In this document: positions 38,458 to 51,685 of the stretch, in pieces
Layout of the letters: every line of letters begins with the position of its first letter
Numbering within the stretch: position 1 is the first letter of the stretch
Origin: Botryllus schlosseri
Lineage: Eukaryota
NCBI GenBank assembly: GCA_051294905.1
Contig: CM119373.1
Coordinates: 5,334,001 to 5,398,000 of the forward strand
DNA length: 64,000 bases
Direction of reading: 5' to 3'
The notes under the pieces: model-generated
Databases searched by the model: none
Told to the model about the DNA's origin: nothing
What the model saw: only the letters and a program-made list of their open reading frames with translations
Translations under genes and position numbers: made by a program

Positions 38458-38593
38458 TTGGATCCACCTGAAATAGAAATCCATCCACGTCTCAATGGAG
38501 CCAGACTTTCTTGCTATATCGAGAATAATTTCACGAATTATTTCAACCAAAGTACTGAAACTTACTTGTCAACTACAACTCTTAATGTATCAT
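38458..38593 (+). CDS. Receptor gene exon F: second half of an Ig-like domain
   Basis: Pyrimidine tract plus ACAG acceptor, GTGAGT donor, phase 0-1 (matches exon E): LDPPEIEIHPRLNGARLSCYIENNFTNYFNQSTETYLSTTTLNVS (NG-x2-LSC F strand, TLNV G strand). Confidence 0.78.
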
Positions 38594-38656
38594 GTGAGTA
38601 ATTAGCATATGTATTCATTTCCGTAATACCACTACTCTATTCTGAATGTTTTACAG

Positions 38657-38767
38657 TTGGACCATATCCACCAGAAGGTTATTCCTCCATTTGCTCATTC
38701 CAGAATGGTTCGATTTCATTTTACTCAAATCCTTCTGCAACGATGTCTTCATTGACACTATTCACGG
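38657..38767 (+). CDS. Receptor gene exon G: start of a further Ig-like domain
   Basis: TTTTACAG acceptor after a 63-nt intron, phase 1: FGPYPPEGYSSICSFQNGSISFYSNPSATMSSLTLFT. The donor GTGACA is weak. Confidence 0.65.
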
Positions 38768-38811
38768 GTGACATATAGGCAAATCTTATGCAATGGATTC
38801 CTTTATTGCTA

Positions 38812-39250
38812 TAGGCTTACCATACGTCCTCTTCTAAGAGGATTTGTCCTCTTTTTTGACTTTTTTGAAAGTGTCCTCGGAGGACGCCCTATTGTCCTCT
38901 TTTTCGAGATTTTGTCCTCTTTTTTGAAAATTTAGGTCCGATTTGGAGGAAATTGCGAGTGATATGCCGCATATTAGCGCAGAAGTGAAGCTCCGGCGGG
39001 TATTTCGGAGGGAAAAGCGGTGATTCTAGCTCTGAGCGAAAAGAAGACCTTTTTTTTTCAGTCATCCACCTGGCAATGTGGAGAGAAAAACGTTATTCTG
39101 AGCTCTGAGTGATGATCTTTTTTTTTTTAAGTCAACCGATCACGAAGTGGGAAAAATTTACCGGTTTTTAAGAATTCTTCTCCAGTTTTGCATGTCTGAA
39201 ATTTCTGAAAAAGTGTCCTCTTTTTACATTTCCAAAATATGGTAAGCCTA
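38812..39250. mobile_element. hAT Blackjack-like MITE
   Basis: TAGGCTTACCATA/TATGGTAAGCCTA, TTATTGC flanking duplication, GTCCTC repeats. Relatives at ~19288-19580 and 60406-60728. Confidence 0.88.
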
Positions 39251-39272
39251 TTATTGCATTACTAGTTTTCAT

Positions 39273-39736
39273 CAGGGTTGTAACGCAGTAGCAAGGTTTC
39301 GTGCCACAATTCAATTTGACTTTTATGGTTTTGACTCGAGTCAGGTCGATTGATTTCTAATTCACAACAAGTCAAGTCCGAGGCCAAGTCAGGGAGCAAC
39401 GGTTCGAGTCCGAGTCATAGTGTTACAACTCGGATCCGAGTCCAAGTCAAAGTGTTTACTGTTTAGTATCGATTTCAAGTCAGGTATGTTCAACTAACTT
39501 CTGTGAAACTCTTGCTGAGAAGTAAGGCCTCGGATTCATAATATATTCATATCTCTGAACTGTAAACATAAATAGATATAAGACAGTTTCTTGGCCCTAT
39601 TTTGAGTTATCAGATCTGATATACGAAACTTGAATAGGTCGAGATAGAATGTTACGAGGCATATGACGTGGTCGAGTAAAACGCAACGAAATTTTCCGAC
39701 TCGAGTCGAGTCATGACTCGAGCCCTTACAACGCTG
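39273..39736. mobile_element. hAT MITE with GAGTC repeats
   Basis: CAGGGTTGTAA/TTACAACGCTG with perfect TSD GTTTTCAT. Confidence 0.88.
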
Positions 39737-39879
39737 GTTTTCATTTACTTCTTTTCAACTCACGGTGGTTGTTTTAAAATATTGAAAAAGATATAGGCTA
39801 TAGATTTCAGCAGTTAATCTTAAATCTCATCTTCGTTAGCACGTATATATTGACATGCGTTTTCCGCTTTTCTTTACAA

Positions 39880-39983
39880 ATGGGTCATGCCACAAAATGT
39901 ACTTGGTTTTGCTGTGACCGGTGCCACAGAGATAAACGACAGCATTACGACACCAATGAAAGCGAGTACGACACCTGCTTTAG
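39880..39983 (+). CDS. Possible Ser/Thr stalk exon H (acceptor appears mutated)
   Basis: Pyrimidine tract ends in TTTACAA, not CAG. Reads WVMPQNVLGFAVTGATEINDSITTPMKASTTPAL. The AG|GCAAGT donor is phase 1, compatible with the TM exon. Confidence 0.35.
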
Positions 39984-40176
39984 GCAAGTTTCAATGTGTT
40001 AAAGGTTTATGCGGGCTCCTCATCGCTTCGTATACAAAAGCCCCACGCAGTCCGATAGAGTGAGCACTAAATGCACACCGACAAAGCAGCGTCTCAATAG
40101 GACTTTGTAACCTTCACCTAAATAACGCTGATCTTGGGTCCAATAGTATGCTCATGGCTCAACCCAACTTTTAGAG

Positions 40177-43100
40177 CAGTGGTTCTTAACCTTGCCACCA
40201 GCGCCCCCCAGGGGGCGCTGGCGATCTTGAAGGGGGGCGGAAACGCTCAGGGGGCGATATGGGGGGCGCTGGGCGCAGGGGGGCGGTATGGGGGGCGCTG
40301 GAGAAAAATGACTTCGCAGTAGATGATGTGGAGATCAGAGTTGGATCAATTACATTATTTCAGTTCAATTACAATTACAATTACTTTCATGCATGTTTCA
40401 ATTACATTACAATTACAATTACTCCATGCTAAAAATATTAAATTACAATTACAATTACAATTACTCATTGCATGCTTCAATTACATTACAATTACAATTG
40501 CTGCTGTTGAACATGTAATTGAATAATCATAAATTCAACCGTGCTCCTTGACAACCGTAGCGTCGTAATTAACAACAATTCAAGTATTCATGTTTCATTC
40601 ATGATGCGCAAATACCCGTTATTAATTAATAAAAAGAAAAAACGTTTTCGAGCTATATGCAGTATGTCGTTGAAAAAAGTATTATAATATATGCAAGTGT
40701 TGGATTTGCGTATATAGTATATAATTAACGAAATAATATCATTTTTATCGAGGGACGTAGGAATTAGGATGAGGAGTAAAAACAAAACCGTGCTTTGTCA
40801 GATAAGACGTTATATAATATCCAGTGATCTGGTTAGTTAGCCAGACGAAGTAACGATGCAGCATCGTGATCTGAAATCGTATTGTAGATTGCCAACCCAC
40901 GGATAGATGCGCAAGATGTGAGTCACGGATGAATGCACCGACAAACGTGCTGCAGAGCCGGCTAAAAGCAGCAAACCTTGTAGTCCTAGAGCTGGCGATC
41001 CAAGCGTCTAAATTTGATGCATCTGGTCTTTATCATACGCTATCGATGCACTAATTCCGAAAATACAAATTAAAATCTCGTCAGGGCAATGTAACTGCTC
41101 CAAAATAGCCGTTTAAGGCCGACTGTTTTGAAAAGTGAGAGCGCCCCAGCAGCATGACCACTACAATGACCAATTACGCCCAGCGATTGTTCAGAACAAT
41201 GCCGATTCCCAGACTTTCACGACTATTTTGGGATGGTACCATTGCCTAGAAATATACTTTTATTGCGGAATCAGTGCGACACTAGCTTCCGATTAGGAGC
41301 ATACATATCAAATTTCGACGCTTGGATCGCCAGCTATGGGACTATCAATTCTGCTGCTTTTAGCCGGCTCAGCAGTTCGCTTCTCCGCGTATTCAATCGT
41401 GAGTCACGTGTTGAGAATCCATCCGTTGGTTAGTAAGCTAATAATTGTATACAATGGCAGCCGAGGCCAGCATAGCGGTAAAAATAAAAAAACTTCGCCC
41501 GTAAGGGCGCAGTCAAGGGCTTCCGCAAATGGATCCATCAAATTCCTTGTCGACATTTAAAGAGAATGCATTATAAGTCAATTATTCTATGTTGTGCTTG
41601 TCAGGTCTCAATAGCAATTTAATGTAATTGAAATTGTAATTGAGCAAAATTTTTGTAAAATTACAATTACAATTACAATTACACAAAATAAAAATGCTTC
41701 AATTACAATTACATTACAATTACATTGAAAAATGTAATTAATTACATTCAATTACAATTACAAATTACAATTGATCCAACTCTGGTGGAGATAGGACATA
41801 TCCTTAATGAGTATTCAGAGCAAATTAACACCGAAAACGTCGTTACATATAGCCTTCAAAATACATATAGGTTTAACTGTCCATGGGCGCCTAAATGACT
41901 GACACCGAATGTTCCTGTCTTGGCAATCAGAACCCCAGAAGACGAATTCCATCTGGCAGGGAAAAATTATAAGTCAGTAAAGAAATATCAATCTGAAATC
42001 GTGTGCGTCTTTTAGTTTAGTACGATTGGGCGACAGGGATATTCCTGTTGGGCGATATCCCCGTTGAGCGATTCTATCTTTTTTGATATTGCAGACAGGG
42101 GGTCACGAAATAACATCATGCAACGAAGTCATACCAACGGGTTCGCCCGCCCGAATATGTTTAATTATTAGTAACGGGCCCTACAGTTTCCAAGAAACCT
42201 CACAATGTTCGCTTTAAGTTTTGATGAGTCTGCGCACACTCAACAACTCACTGCGCTGACCCTTGGACAACAGTGTGTAACGACTAAAAAGAGGTAATAG
42301 CTCCAGATTTGTTGTGCGCAACGTAGATTTTCTGTGTGCAGAGACCGTGTCAGCACTGCGTAAGTGCGCAGCTTAGAGGGAACATTGCACCTCACTCATC
42401 TTTACCGGTAAATGTGTTTACGTGAGCAGAGAGAAGATAAAAATTGATCTCAATTTACATGCAATTCCCGATGATATTGACCAATTCAATCATTAATTAG
42501 TGAAATTTTTCGCACTTCGCGCGAATAGGCGAGAATAGCTGCCTCAGTAAATGGACACCCAATGTAGATACCTAATAGGCTATCAGCAAATAGCGGACAG
42601 CCTAATGGGGGTCTGGGAGTGAAGTCCCCCGGAAGTTTGGTTATCACCCGATGGGGGCCCAGGACCCACGTTTTTTTTTTTTGGGGGGGGGGGGGGCTGA
42701 CGAAGTGCTGTTACGGCCCCGGTAACAAATAATTGTACCTGCGGGCACGCCCGAATATGTTTAATTATTAATTACGTGCCCTTTATTTTCCTATACAACA
42801 GCTCACTCAGTGCTACTGGTAAATCTGGTTACGTGGGCTGAGAGGATAAAAAGTTTATATAGCGACTTATATATGTAATTACCACCTATTCATTCATGCA
42901 TTATGGAAAATTTTGGTACTTAGGGCGACCAGGTCACACAAACTTTGCTGACCATCAAAATCACGATATGGGGTTCGTGGGGGCGAAGCCCTCATGCAGA
43001 AGTTCGGTTTATCACGCTATGGGTGCGCAAGGCAATCGTTTTTAGGGGGGTTAACGAAGTGCTGTTACGGCCCTCCCTCTTACTCATTGTCTTTATTACT

Positions 43101-43194
43101 TTCCTTACAATATGAAGTTGGGGAGGGGGGGGGGCGCTGGAGCACGATAATTTTTGAAAGGGGGCGCTGGAAGAAAAAAGGTTAAGAACCACTG
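40177..43194. mobile_element. hAT element expanded by nested insertions
   Basis: CAGTGGTTCTTAACCTT/AAGGTTAAGAACCACTG, perfect TSD TTTTAGAG, GGGGCGC subterminal repeats. Confidence 0.9.
40336..41784. mobile_element. hAT MITE with (ATTACA)n subterminal arrays
   Basis: CAGAGTTGGATCAATT/AATTGATCCAACTCTG with perfect TSD GTGGAGAT. Internal ~130-bp inverted repeat (40892-41020 vs 41304-41431). Confidence 0.92.
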
Positions 43195-46100
43195 TTTTAG
43201 AGGATTCCGCGCCCAGACCTCATTTCGTTGAGAACTAAAGAGGCACTGCGCTCTAAAAATGACTTGGTCACAATCAATGCTCCTTCTAATTTTTGAATAG
43301 TCTGCGCACACTCACCAACTCACTGCGCAAGACCCTTGGACAACAGTGCGTACCGACTAGAAAAAAGGTCACCACATTAGATTTTTTGTGCGCAACTTAG
43401 AATTTCTGTGCGCAGAGACCGTCTCAGCACTGCTCACTTGAGCACGTGCGCAGCTTAGAGGGAACATTTGGTCACAATCTTCAAATTGAAGTAGGCTAGA
43501 CATCGAAATACAATTTTGAGCTGCTGCCATTTTTTTCGGAAAGCCACCGTATTGGAGCTGTAATTTAATGAATTTTGGATAAGGGCCGTTCCACTGCAGC
43601 TACCGCGGCTGCGCGTCATCGTTGCGTAACCCGCTTTGAAATTTCTGGAGCGATATCTTCGCAGTCGCACTTGCTCGACGTGATTAGGCAGAGTCACGCA
43701 GGGAACGAACTTCTCAATTCTGGGCTTAACATAGGATTCCGCAACCAAAACGTCTAAATCGATAAATCAAAGTAGATGCTGCAAATATTTTGTGTAGTCC
43801 AATGTTGTCGGTGACTTGATCATTATATATATATATGAACACTCACTTAATTTGTAAAAGTAAACGAACTTTTCACGAACCAGTAAAAGGAACTTCTTGC
43901 GGACGGGCATCGGTCCGGAAACAAAGGTAGCGGAACACGTACTTGAACATCTTAAGCCTTGTTACCGTGGGTTCGTTTCACGCGACCCCGCTTGCCAATT
44001 GGTATCAGTGACTTTGTTTAGGTATTATGTATATAAGCAAGTGGAACATTATTGTTGGTGAATTGATAGTGGAATCGCCCATACGTATCATACCAGATCA
44101 GAGGTTGGCAACCATATGATTGCCGTGGGCCCTTTTCCTTTAAAACATGGAGTGGTCCACCTCTTGAAGAGCTGGTCATTAAAAAAGGCAATCGGTTTCG
44201 CTTGATTCAATTAAAACCTGATTCCAATGAAGCTCTGTCGCCCACCACGAACATAGTCAAGATCCGCTACTGGATGACGGTCTGTTGAAAACCCATGGAC
44301 AATACTAAATCAAAAAACTAGTTTCGTGACACGTACGCAATTGTAAATAGGATGTCGTTTCGGTGCGCAGTAGTTTCCACAGCATCCCGCTTTGGTACCG
44401 CAGGGCTCACATTGCAGATACATGGCAATTTTAGTGCCGTGGACGGACCGTCAACATATCGAAATCTAACCATATTCAACCGCATCGATACTTCGCGTCA
44501 TGGACGTCATGCTACCTCTATCGCGATCTAGTTTTGTGATCATCACGTTATTTCATTGGATCTTAACTCGAGTGTCTTCATCAATATTTAGGTGATGCTC
44601 GTTTTGAAATTCCTGTGGAGCTTATTCGTTGCTGCGGTATGAGATATGGTGCTGCTGGGCAAATGATTATTATTCCAGAATACGTGAGTTAGAAATGCGA
44701 TTTTGAAGAAAAAAAATTGATTGAGAATGAACACTTTTAGGTTGTTAAAGATATCAAATTGATTTTGAGGTCGAATAACACTGGAAAATATGATTATTTT
44801 CATGTGATGCCGTGTGATGGAGCGACAACCAACGCAACAGATTGTAAGATATTTTCATAACAATTATACAGATATTCGACTTCGTAATATTTAAAGACTT
44901 TTGTAGTTGTGACAAATGTGACAAATGCGTTGTGAGAAATAGAATGATAAGTATACCGACTCGGGAATGCCATACAACAACGCCAAGTCGCAGTAAAACA
45001 GAGATAAATTCAATGTTTAAAATAACTGAATGACCACAAAACATTAATGAATTATTCTCACAGTAAAGAGACCTTCATTCCAGCGGCAGAGTATCGGCTG
45101 TTACAGCTTTATAATGATTGTTTCAAGGACCATGAATTGCATGGCAGAGAGAAGTCACGAGCAACTATGGAGAAGTGATTGCCACCATTACATTTTGCAA
45201 ATTAAGGGTGTTTCAGAAGGTGTTGTCGGATGTCGGAGATTTTCTATGATGACAATACAGTTGCATGTAACACACGAATTGTTTTTAGCAGGGCTGTGGA
45301 GAGGAGTTGGACTCGGAGTTTCGCTCATTTTACCTTGATGTACCCGGAGTCGGAGTCTCTTTTTAGCACGTCTTTGAGTCGGAGTCGGAGTTTGTGAAAA
45401 TACTGTCGACTACGTCTCCGACTTTTTTAATATGAAGACAAATGCTTTCGAAGATCTCGTAAAATTGCCGATAATAAATAAAATAGGGCTTGTATGTACC
45501 AACAATCACAGTTGTTAGTAACTAGATTGACAAAACTGGACATTTATTGCAAATTGCAATTCAAGTAGTTACAGGAAAAAATTTCAACCAAATCGCGACC
45601 AACACAAAATTACAGATGCAGTCAAAAATTGGTTCAATTTTTTGAATTGTACCATGATATTATGAAACAGGAAGTATATAGCCTGGTTTTTGTAAGTGGC
45701 AACATCGCATTTAACATTGATGAAAATATAACAAAACACTCCTTCTCGCTTCACAAACATATACGAGACATTGTACAAAGCTACGAACGTTACTGGAAAT
45801 AACACATTTTCTAAGTCATGATCATCCCACAACGTTGTCAAGACGTGCATTGAAATCGGTATGGTCGAACAAATACCAAAGTATCTTTGATGTGACGGAT
45901 AACAGGCATTATGTTCTTTTTGGTGGCATAAAAGGTACATATTTGAACTTTGACTTAGTACATTCTGTTGTGACGTCATAATGTGCGATACTCGAATACT
46001 CGACTCGAATCGTAATACTTGATTCAGAATCGAATCGCTCAGGTACTCGATTTTGCCCAGCCATAGTCACCAGCAAATATTACATTCGCCACCACCTATC

Positions 46101-47739
46101 TTTGTGGAAATGGATTTTCAGCACTCGTTCATATCAAATCAGAAGCGCCAGTTTTAAAGACACGACTACATATTTCAATGAATGCACCTGTAAAATTCGC
46201 TTTGAAATGATAAAAATCGATGCGATTTCCACATAATGCCTGATATTATTTATAAGTTAGGATATTTGGACGCCGTCTATGACTATCCTACTGTTAATTA
46301 TCGCACAAGTCATATCACGGTTGCACGACAATTGAGCAAAATTTGAGCGAAAACTAGACGGGGTCCGTGGGGGTCTCTGACGACCGAAAGGGGTCCGTGA
46401 AGACAAAAAAGCTGAGAACCACTGTCCTAGATTTCGTTTCGGAACATCGTTTATTGGTAGTGAGAAAGTGTGTTGCCTACTTGTCATCAGTACAGTGTTC
46501 AGTGATAAAATTTCTAGAACTCTGTATTAGTTGCTGAGTCATGCACAAGAGCTACACTGCTATTATTTATATCCACATTCTAATTGCAGAGAGATGGGAT
46601 ATATAACATGTTTAAATGATTCATACAAATTAGAGTATCCGTGGCTTGTCCAAGTTATACAAACTTGTGAAATATGAATAAAAGGTTGATTTTATGTTGC
46701 AATAATATGACCTACCATATATTATTATTGTGTAACTTCATCAAATTCACTCTGTCCCGTCCCAGTTTACTGGATAGCTATTTGAACGACACACAATGTA
46801 TGGCCGTATGACTACTTGGTTACTGCTGCATTCACTTCCAGTTATTATATAATTGAATTTCTTCTCGTTTCTGTTAGTCGCGGGTTGTCATCATAAGCGT
46901 ATAACCCAAGGGAGGAAATAACCTTTAATTCGTCCTCCCTCTTTTCGACTTGGGCACATTGACGATATACTTTCACTGCGTCTTGTTATAGGAGTCAACC
47001 GAAAAGCTTGATGTGCTAATGATTTGGCAGTTACCAGAAATGTTTTGCCGGAATTAAAATGAAGACAAACACCACTAAATTTCCACTAACTCCGTAATGT
47101 TCTAAAGAGCTCTGTGGCCCACCTTAAAATCCTCCGATGGTCCACCGACACTATGCTATATTAATATTATTACTAGGGCTAGTTTTACTAGTTTTTGCAG
47201 CTTTTGCCACCTTTTCTACAATTTCCGGCATCTTCCTATATACTCAGCAATCAGCATATATTTTGTATATATTGCTATAAAGTTTTTATCCTCTTATCAG
47301 AATTGTCAGATTTTCCGGTAGAGCTGTCGTCTTAGAAAATTTAGGGCACGTAACAAATATTAAACATAGTCGTGCGGGCCTGTTGCAATAGTTACTTCGT
47401 TGCATGTCAAGATTTCGTGACCTACTGAATGTTATATTGTGAATAAATATTGAAATCGCCATTCTTACTAAACTAAAAGTCGTAGATGATTGCAAATTGG
47501 TGTTTTTGTGTGGTGCTGGCAAATAACTTTTCTCTTTGGGATGGCCTTTTTCTATTGGTTACAGATTGCTAGTACAGTGAGATTCGACGTTATTCATTTA
47601 GGCGCCGATGGACGATTAAACATATAAATATCAAGGTTTTCGGTCAGCAAAGCGCAGTCTTTTTCGACAAAGGTTTTTCTCACTGTCGAATTTTCGGCAT
47701 ATTTTTCGGAGTACTATATTACCCTATACTTCCTTATTT

Positions 47740-47924
47740 GAAGAGGTTCTTGGAGGTACAGAACTTCAATATACAATTGAATAGTATGTTGATATTGAAA
47801 TAAACCCGAATATTTCCGGCTGACACTCGTCAGGGGTTGCTGACGATTACCCCTGACGAGTGTCAGCCGAAAGTATTATGGTTTAAATCAATATGAATAT
47901 ACTATTCAATTGTATATTGAACTT
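47740..47924. mobile_element. Inverted (back-to-back) duplication of the Penelope terminal region
   Basis: Arms 47762-47837 and 47849-47924 are inverted repeats with an 11-nt spacer TGCTGACGATT. Both match 12430-12525. Confidence 0.88.
47849..47882 (+). ncRNA. Minimal type I hammerhead motif with intact core, weakened helices I and III
   Basis: accc-CTGACGA-g-tgtcagc-c-GAAA-gtat-TA-tggt. The mirror copy at 47804-47837 (minus) has GGAA in place of GAAA. Confidence 0.65.
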
Positions 47925-50139
47925 ACTTATGTGTTGGTGGGTTGTGGAGCGGTAATGGCGGACGTCCAAATGCCTATTTCTATAGATCATGCGTATTTCT
48001 TGGAGAATGGCACCCAATAAGCAAGATATTGAGTGACACTAAATCGCGTAAAGCGCGAAAATAAATTGAAAAATGTTGAAAAAAGTTTTGAAAGATACTC
48101 CATGATTTATGAACTTTGGAAAAACAATTTTGGGCCGCCTTTCAGCTCGGCCTCTCTCACATTGGGGATTTGGGGTGCCCAAGTTACGGTCCTGCACAAA
48201 ACGAATGAATTGAATTCGAATGGTTCGAAAACTGCGCGCTTTAGCGAGTTAGCTCATATACTTGTCGCTCGCAAGTCCTCAAATGACATGTCTTGAACTT
48301 CAAGTAAAATCGAATATGTTTCCAGACCCAATGTTACCTCACGAGGTTCTGAATCAATTTTAAATTCGATGTTATAATTGGTTATAATCCTATGGGGGCC
48401 CAAGACCACGTTTTTGGGGGGCTGACGAAACACTGACCGAGACGCTTAGAAAACGGCTTGGGGCTTCCCCGCTGGATTAAACTCTACGAGAAGATAGTCT
48501 TTCTGCTAATATAGCACCGTGTCTCGCTAGCTCCAATATCGAATCTCAAGTCCATGTCCGTGAAAAATCGTTGGCAGGTATCACGCGCAGCTCATCGTTG
48601 AAAATAAATTAAAATAGACGATCACGATATTTTTGTTGTATTTGCATTTATTTAACAGATTGCCCGTCGTCCATGTTAGAGAACATAGTGTTGTACTGAT
48701 GTCAATATTCAGAAACGCTGTTGCTAAAAGTGTGGACTATTTTGTCTCGATATAGCATTCTTGCGACACACGGCTCTGCAAAATTTTTAAAATGGTCCGC
48801 TGCACGTTTTAAGTTGGCGACCCCGGGTTTAACGATCAGAAAGCCTCCGAAATATTTAAAAATCACCTATTGATAAAAATACAGCTCATTTCCGTCCATA
48901 TTGTATAACTAGTCATCTATAGGGGTACAAAACTTCAATATCGTGGCAAACAATATGTCCGTATTGCCAAGTTTATTTTTGCTGAAGCTATTTGACATAC
49001 TCACATCAGGAGCGAACGTGAATAACTGCGGTTAAGCAAAGTCGAAATATCGATAAAATATTGTCATTGTTTCGTAATATTGATAAAGTCGCGAACAGCA
49101 TATAATAGTATTAATTAGGCACGTTTTGTTGCACTAAAATCGGGAGAATGTTGCACTTAATTTTAACAAAAGTTGCAGTAGAGAGTTGCATTTAGAACTT
49201 TTGATAAATTATAAGGGTATGAGATACTCAAAAGGTTTCGTTGTATAACCTGGTTGCTGTAGATCTGTCAAATTTGTTACGTTTCCATTTCACAGACGGT
49301 CTTACATTTTACAATTACATTTGTCCGGTACACGACAAGAGAATGACGCAATGAATAATTTTCACAAAAAAAGACAAACAGCATAGCGATAACCGCTCTT
49401 TCAAAAACAAGTCAAATACCAAACCCCAAATTTCCTAGGTCCTAGATCTGCAAACTTGACCCATGGCATTGCAGAAAAACTCACTTTTGGTGACTTCAAC
49501 AAAATAAATAGCTTGAAAAAGATGACCTCTTGGAAAATGTAATTTTCGGCGGTCTCACCTCGGCGTTCGTGAAATGGGAAACTATCTAAAATTCAAACGA
49601 CAGAATTGATAAAGCGATATATTGACATACTGTTCGGCTTGGCAGGGGGAGTCGAACTTCTTTTTTGCAAGCTATTTTGTCATAGATAACGTTGAGATGC
49701 AGCTAACCTCTCATATAGCTCTTTGCTATGCAAATCAAAGGGAATATAAACATACTAGAAATAGTTTATTGCATGGTTTTTACATTTTCACGCAATAGTT
49801 CAAAAATGTTGCAGAAAAAATTGGATTGAAAGATAGAAAAAAGTTGCAAAAAGTTGCTCTATAAAATCCCCTTAAACAGCTTAAAACATCATAGTATATG
49901 GCTATATGCAATTACCAATATTATCAACCGATTCAGTTATGAATGGTCGAAAACTTTCACTACTGTCACGATTAGGCTACATAAACCCTCTGCTTGCAAT
50001 GAGTAGAATGAATGTGCTCAGAAGTACTGATTGAAAATCTATCGAACCGTGGGTTCAGTTTCAATCAAATTCATTTTTGTTTTGTTCCGTTAATGCACTG
50101 ATTGTGGATCTAGTGAGTATAATCTCATCATTAATGTCA

Positions 50140-51685
50140 ACATCACAAATGTGATCTGCCTGCTGGCTGATTTTGATATATCTGTGGTCTGTACATCAGT
50201 TTGAAACAAGTTAAGTACATAATATAGATAGAAGTGCGCTTTTTTAAACTTATTAACTTAACTTTGGCATGAAGATTGGAGACAAAGATAAATACTGGGC
50301 ATTTCATGTCATCTGCGAAACATGCGGATGAAATATGGATGGATGGCTAAGGGCGGATCGGCATTCAATGTCATTTGCTATTAAAGAATCTGAAGAGGAA
50401 TTCGAAACCTTATAGATGACTGTTATTTCTGTATGGGTGACGTTCCAAGGTTCGGAATAACTAAAAAATGACTTGACATTGCATATCCTTCTATTCCATT
50501 TCGTTTTAAGCACCTGTTCCATATTGCAGTAAGTTTTCACTGCTCAAATTATCGGGCGAAAACGCTCCAGAAGACTCGATAGGGCTTAAAGATACAGAAA
50601 ATCACTCCAATGACTTCAACATCTCCCATGTAGATATAAATCTAAAACCACACATTCCTAACCAACACGAACTTGATGATTTAGTTGGGACTCACTAAAT
50701 CAAATGCGGAAATTCTAGGCATTTCGAGATATATTTGAAAATTTTATTGGAAATAAACGAAACAATGAATATAAACCTCTGTTGAACATTATGATCGAGA
50801 TGTATGAAAAAAATGTAGTGTCGCATGTCCTTAAAAACTCATTACCTGCATTTTCGCCTTGATTTCATTAGTTCAAATATGGGTGATGTAAGCAAGAAAC
50901 ATAGGGACGTGTTTCAGGACGTTATGTATGATTTGGAAAGAAGATACTAAGAGTGGTGGAATTGCATCATGACGGGGGATTATTTGCGGTCCACAATACC
51001 AGCAGATTTCTTAGTCCATTGACCCAAATCATGCAAACAAAACCACTTCGGAAATATTTTGAAGTGTTTCCGGCCTTTTGTAATCAATGCTAGTCAATGT
51101 TTGTGCATATTCCTTCGTTTTGTTGATGTGTTTGTATGTGCAATAAATAATTATGCGTAATATTACAGGGCAATTTTGAGTAAAACGAGAAATCGCAAAA
51201 AGTGACATTTCTCAAAGACTAGCGACACTTCAGAAAGAATTTTTGTATTTTAGTGATTGGTTTGGAATAGCGAAACACAAAACATACAAATTTTTACGCA
51301 ATTAAATTTTGCAAAATTTTGGGACCTGGCATTATTTGTGGTCCGTCGTAAGACAACATTTTCCATTTCACAGACGCAAGTCACGCAAACAAAACCACTT
51401 CTGACGAATTTTAAAGTGTTTTCATTGGTAATTGATGCATGAGTAAGCTAAATATGTTCATATTAACCTTTCCATTAGGGTTTTGCTACCTCCAATAAAG
51501 AATTATGGTGTTCAATACGGAGCAATTATGAGTAAAATCGAAAATTAGGGATATTGACAATTCTTCAAAATTCGGGACACTTCAGAAAAAATGTTGGTAT
51601 TTTCATAATTGGGTTGGAATACTAAAGCACAAAGCATAAAAATTTTCAGCCAACTAAAACTTTTGCAAAATTTTGTTTCATGGTG
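50140..51685 (+). mobile_element. Decayed, internally deleted Chapaev3-like (CMC) transposon
   Basis: Relic motifs YICG, FGMKIGDKDKYWAFHVICETC and DDCYFCM (50170-50435), then CRMSLKTHYLH, NMGDVS, LERRY, M-x2-DY (50820-50990). A ~150-bp subterminal direct repeat (51170-51320 vs 51521-51673). Confidence 0.8.

Noticed and set aside
40323..40526. ORF with ITIT/LQLQ repeats
   Set aside because: Translation of the (ATTACA)n subterminal array of a hAT MITE.
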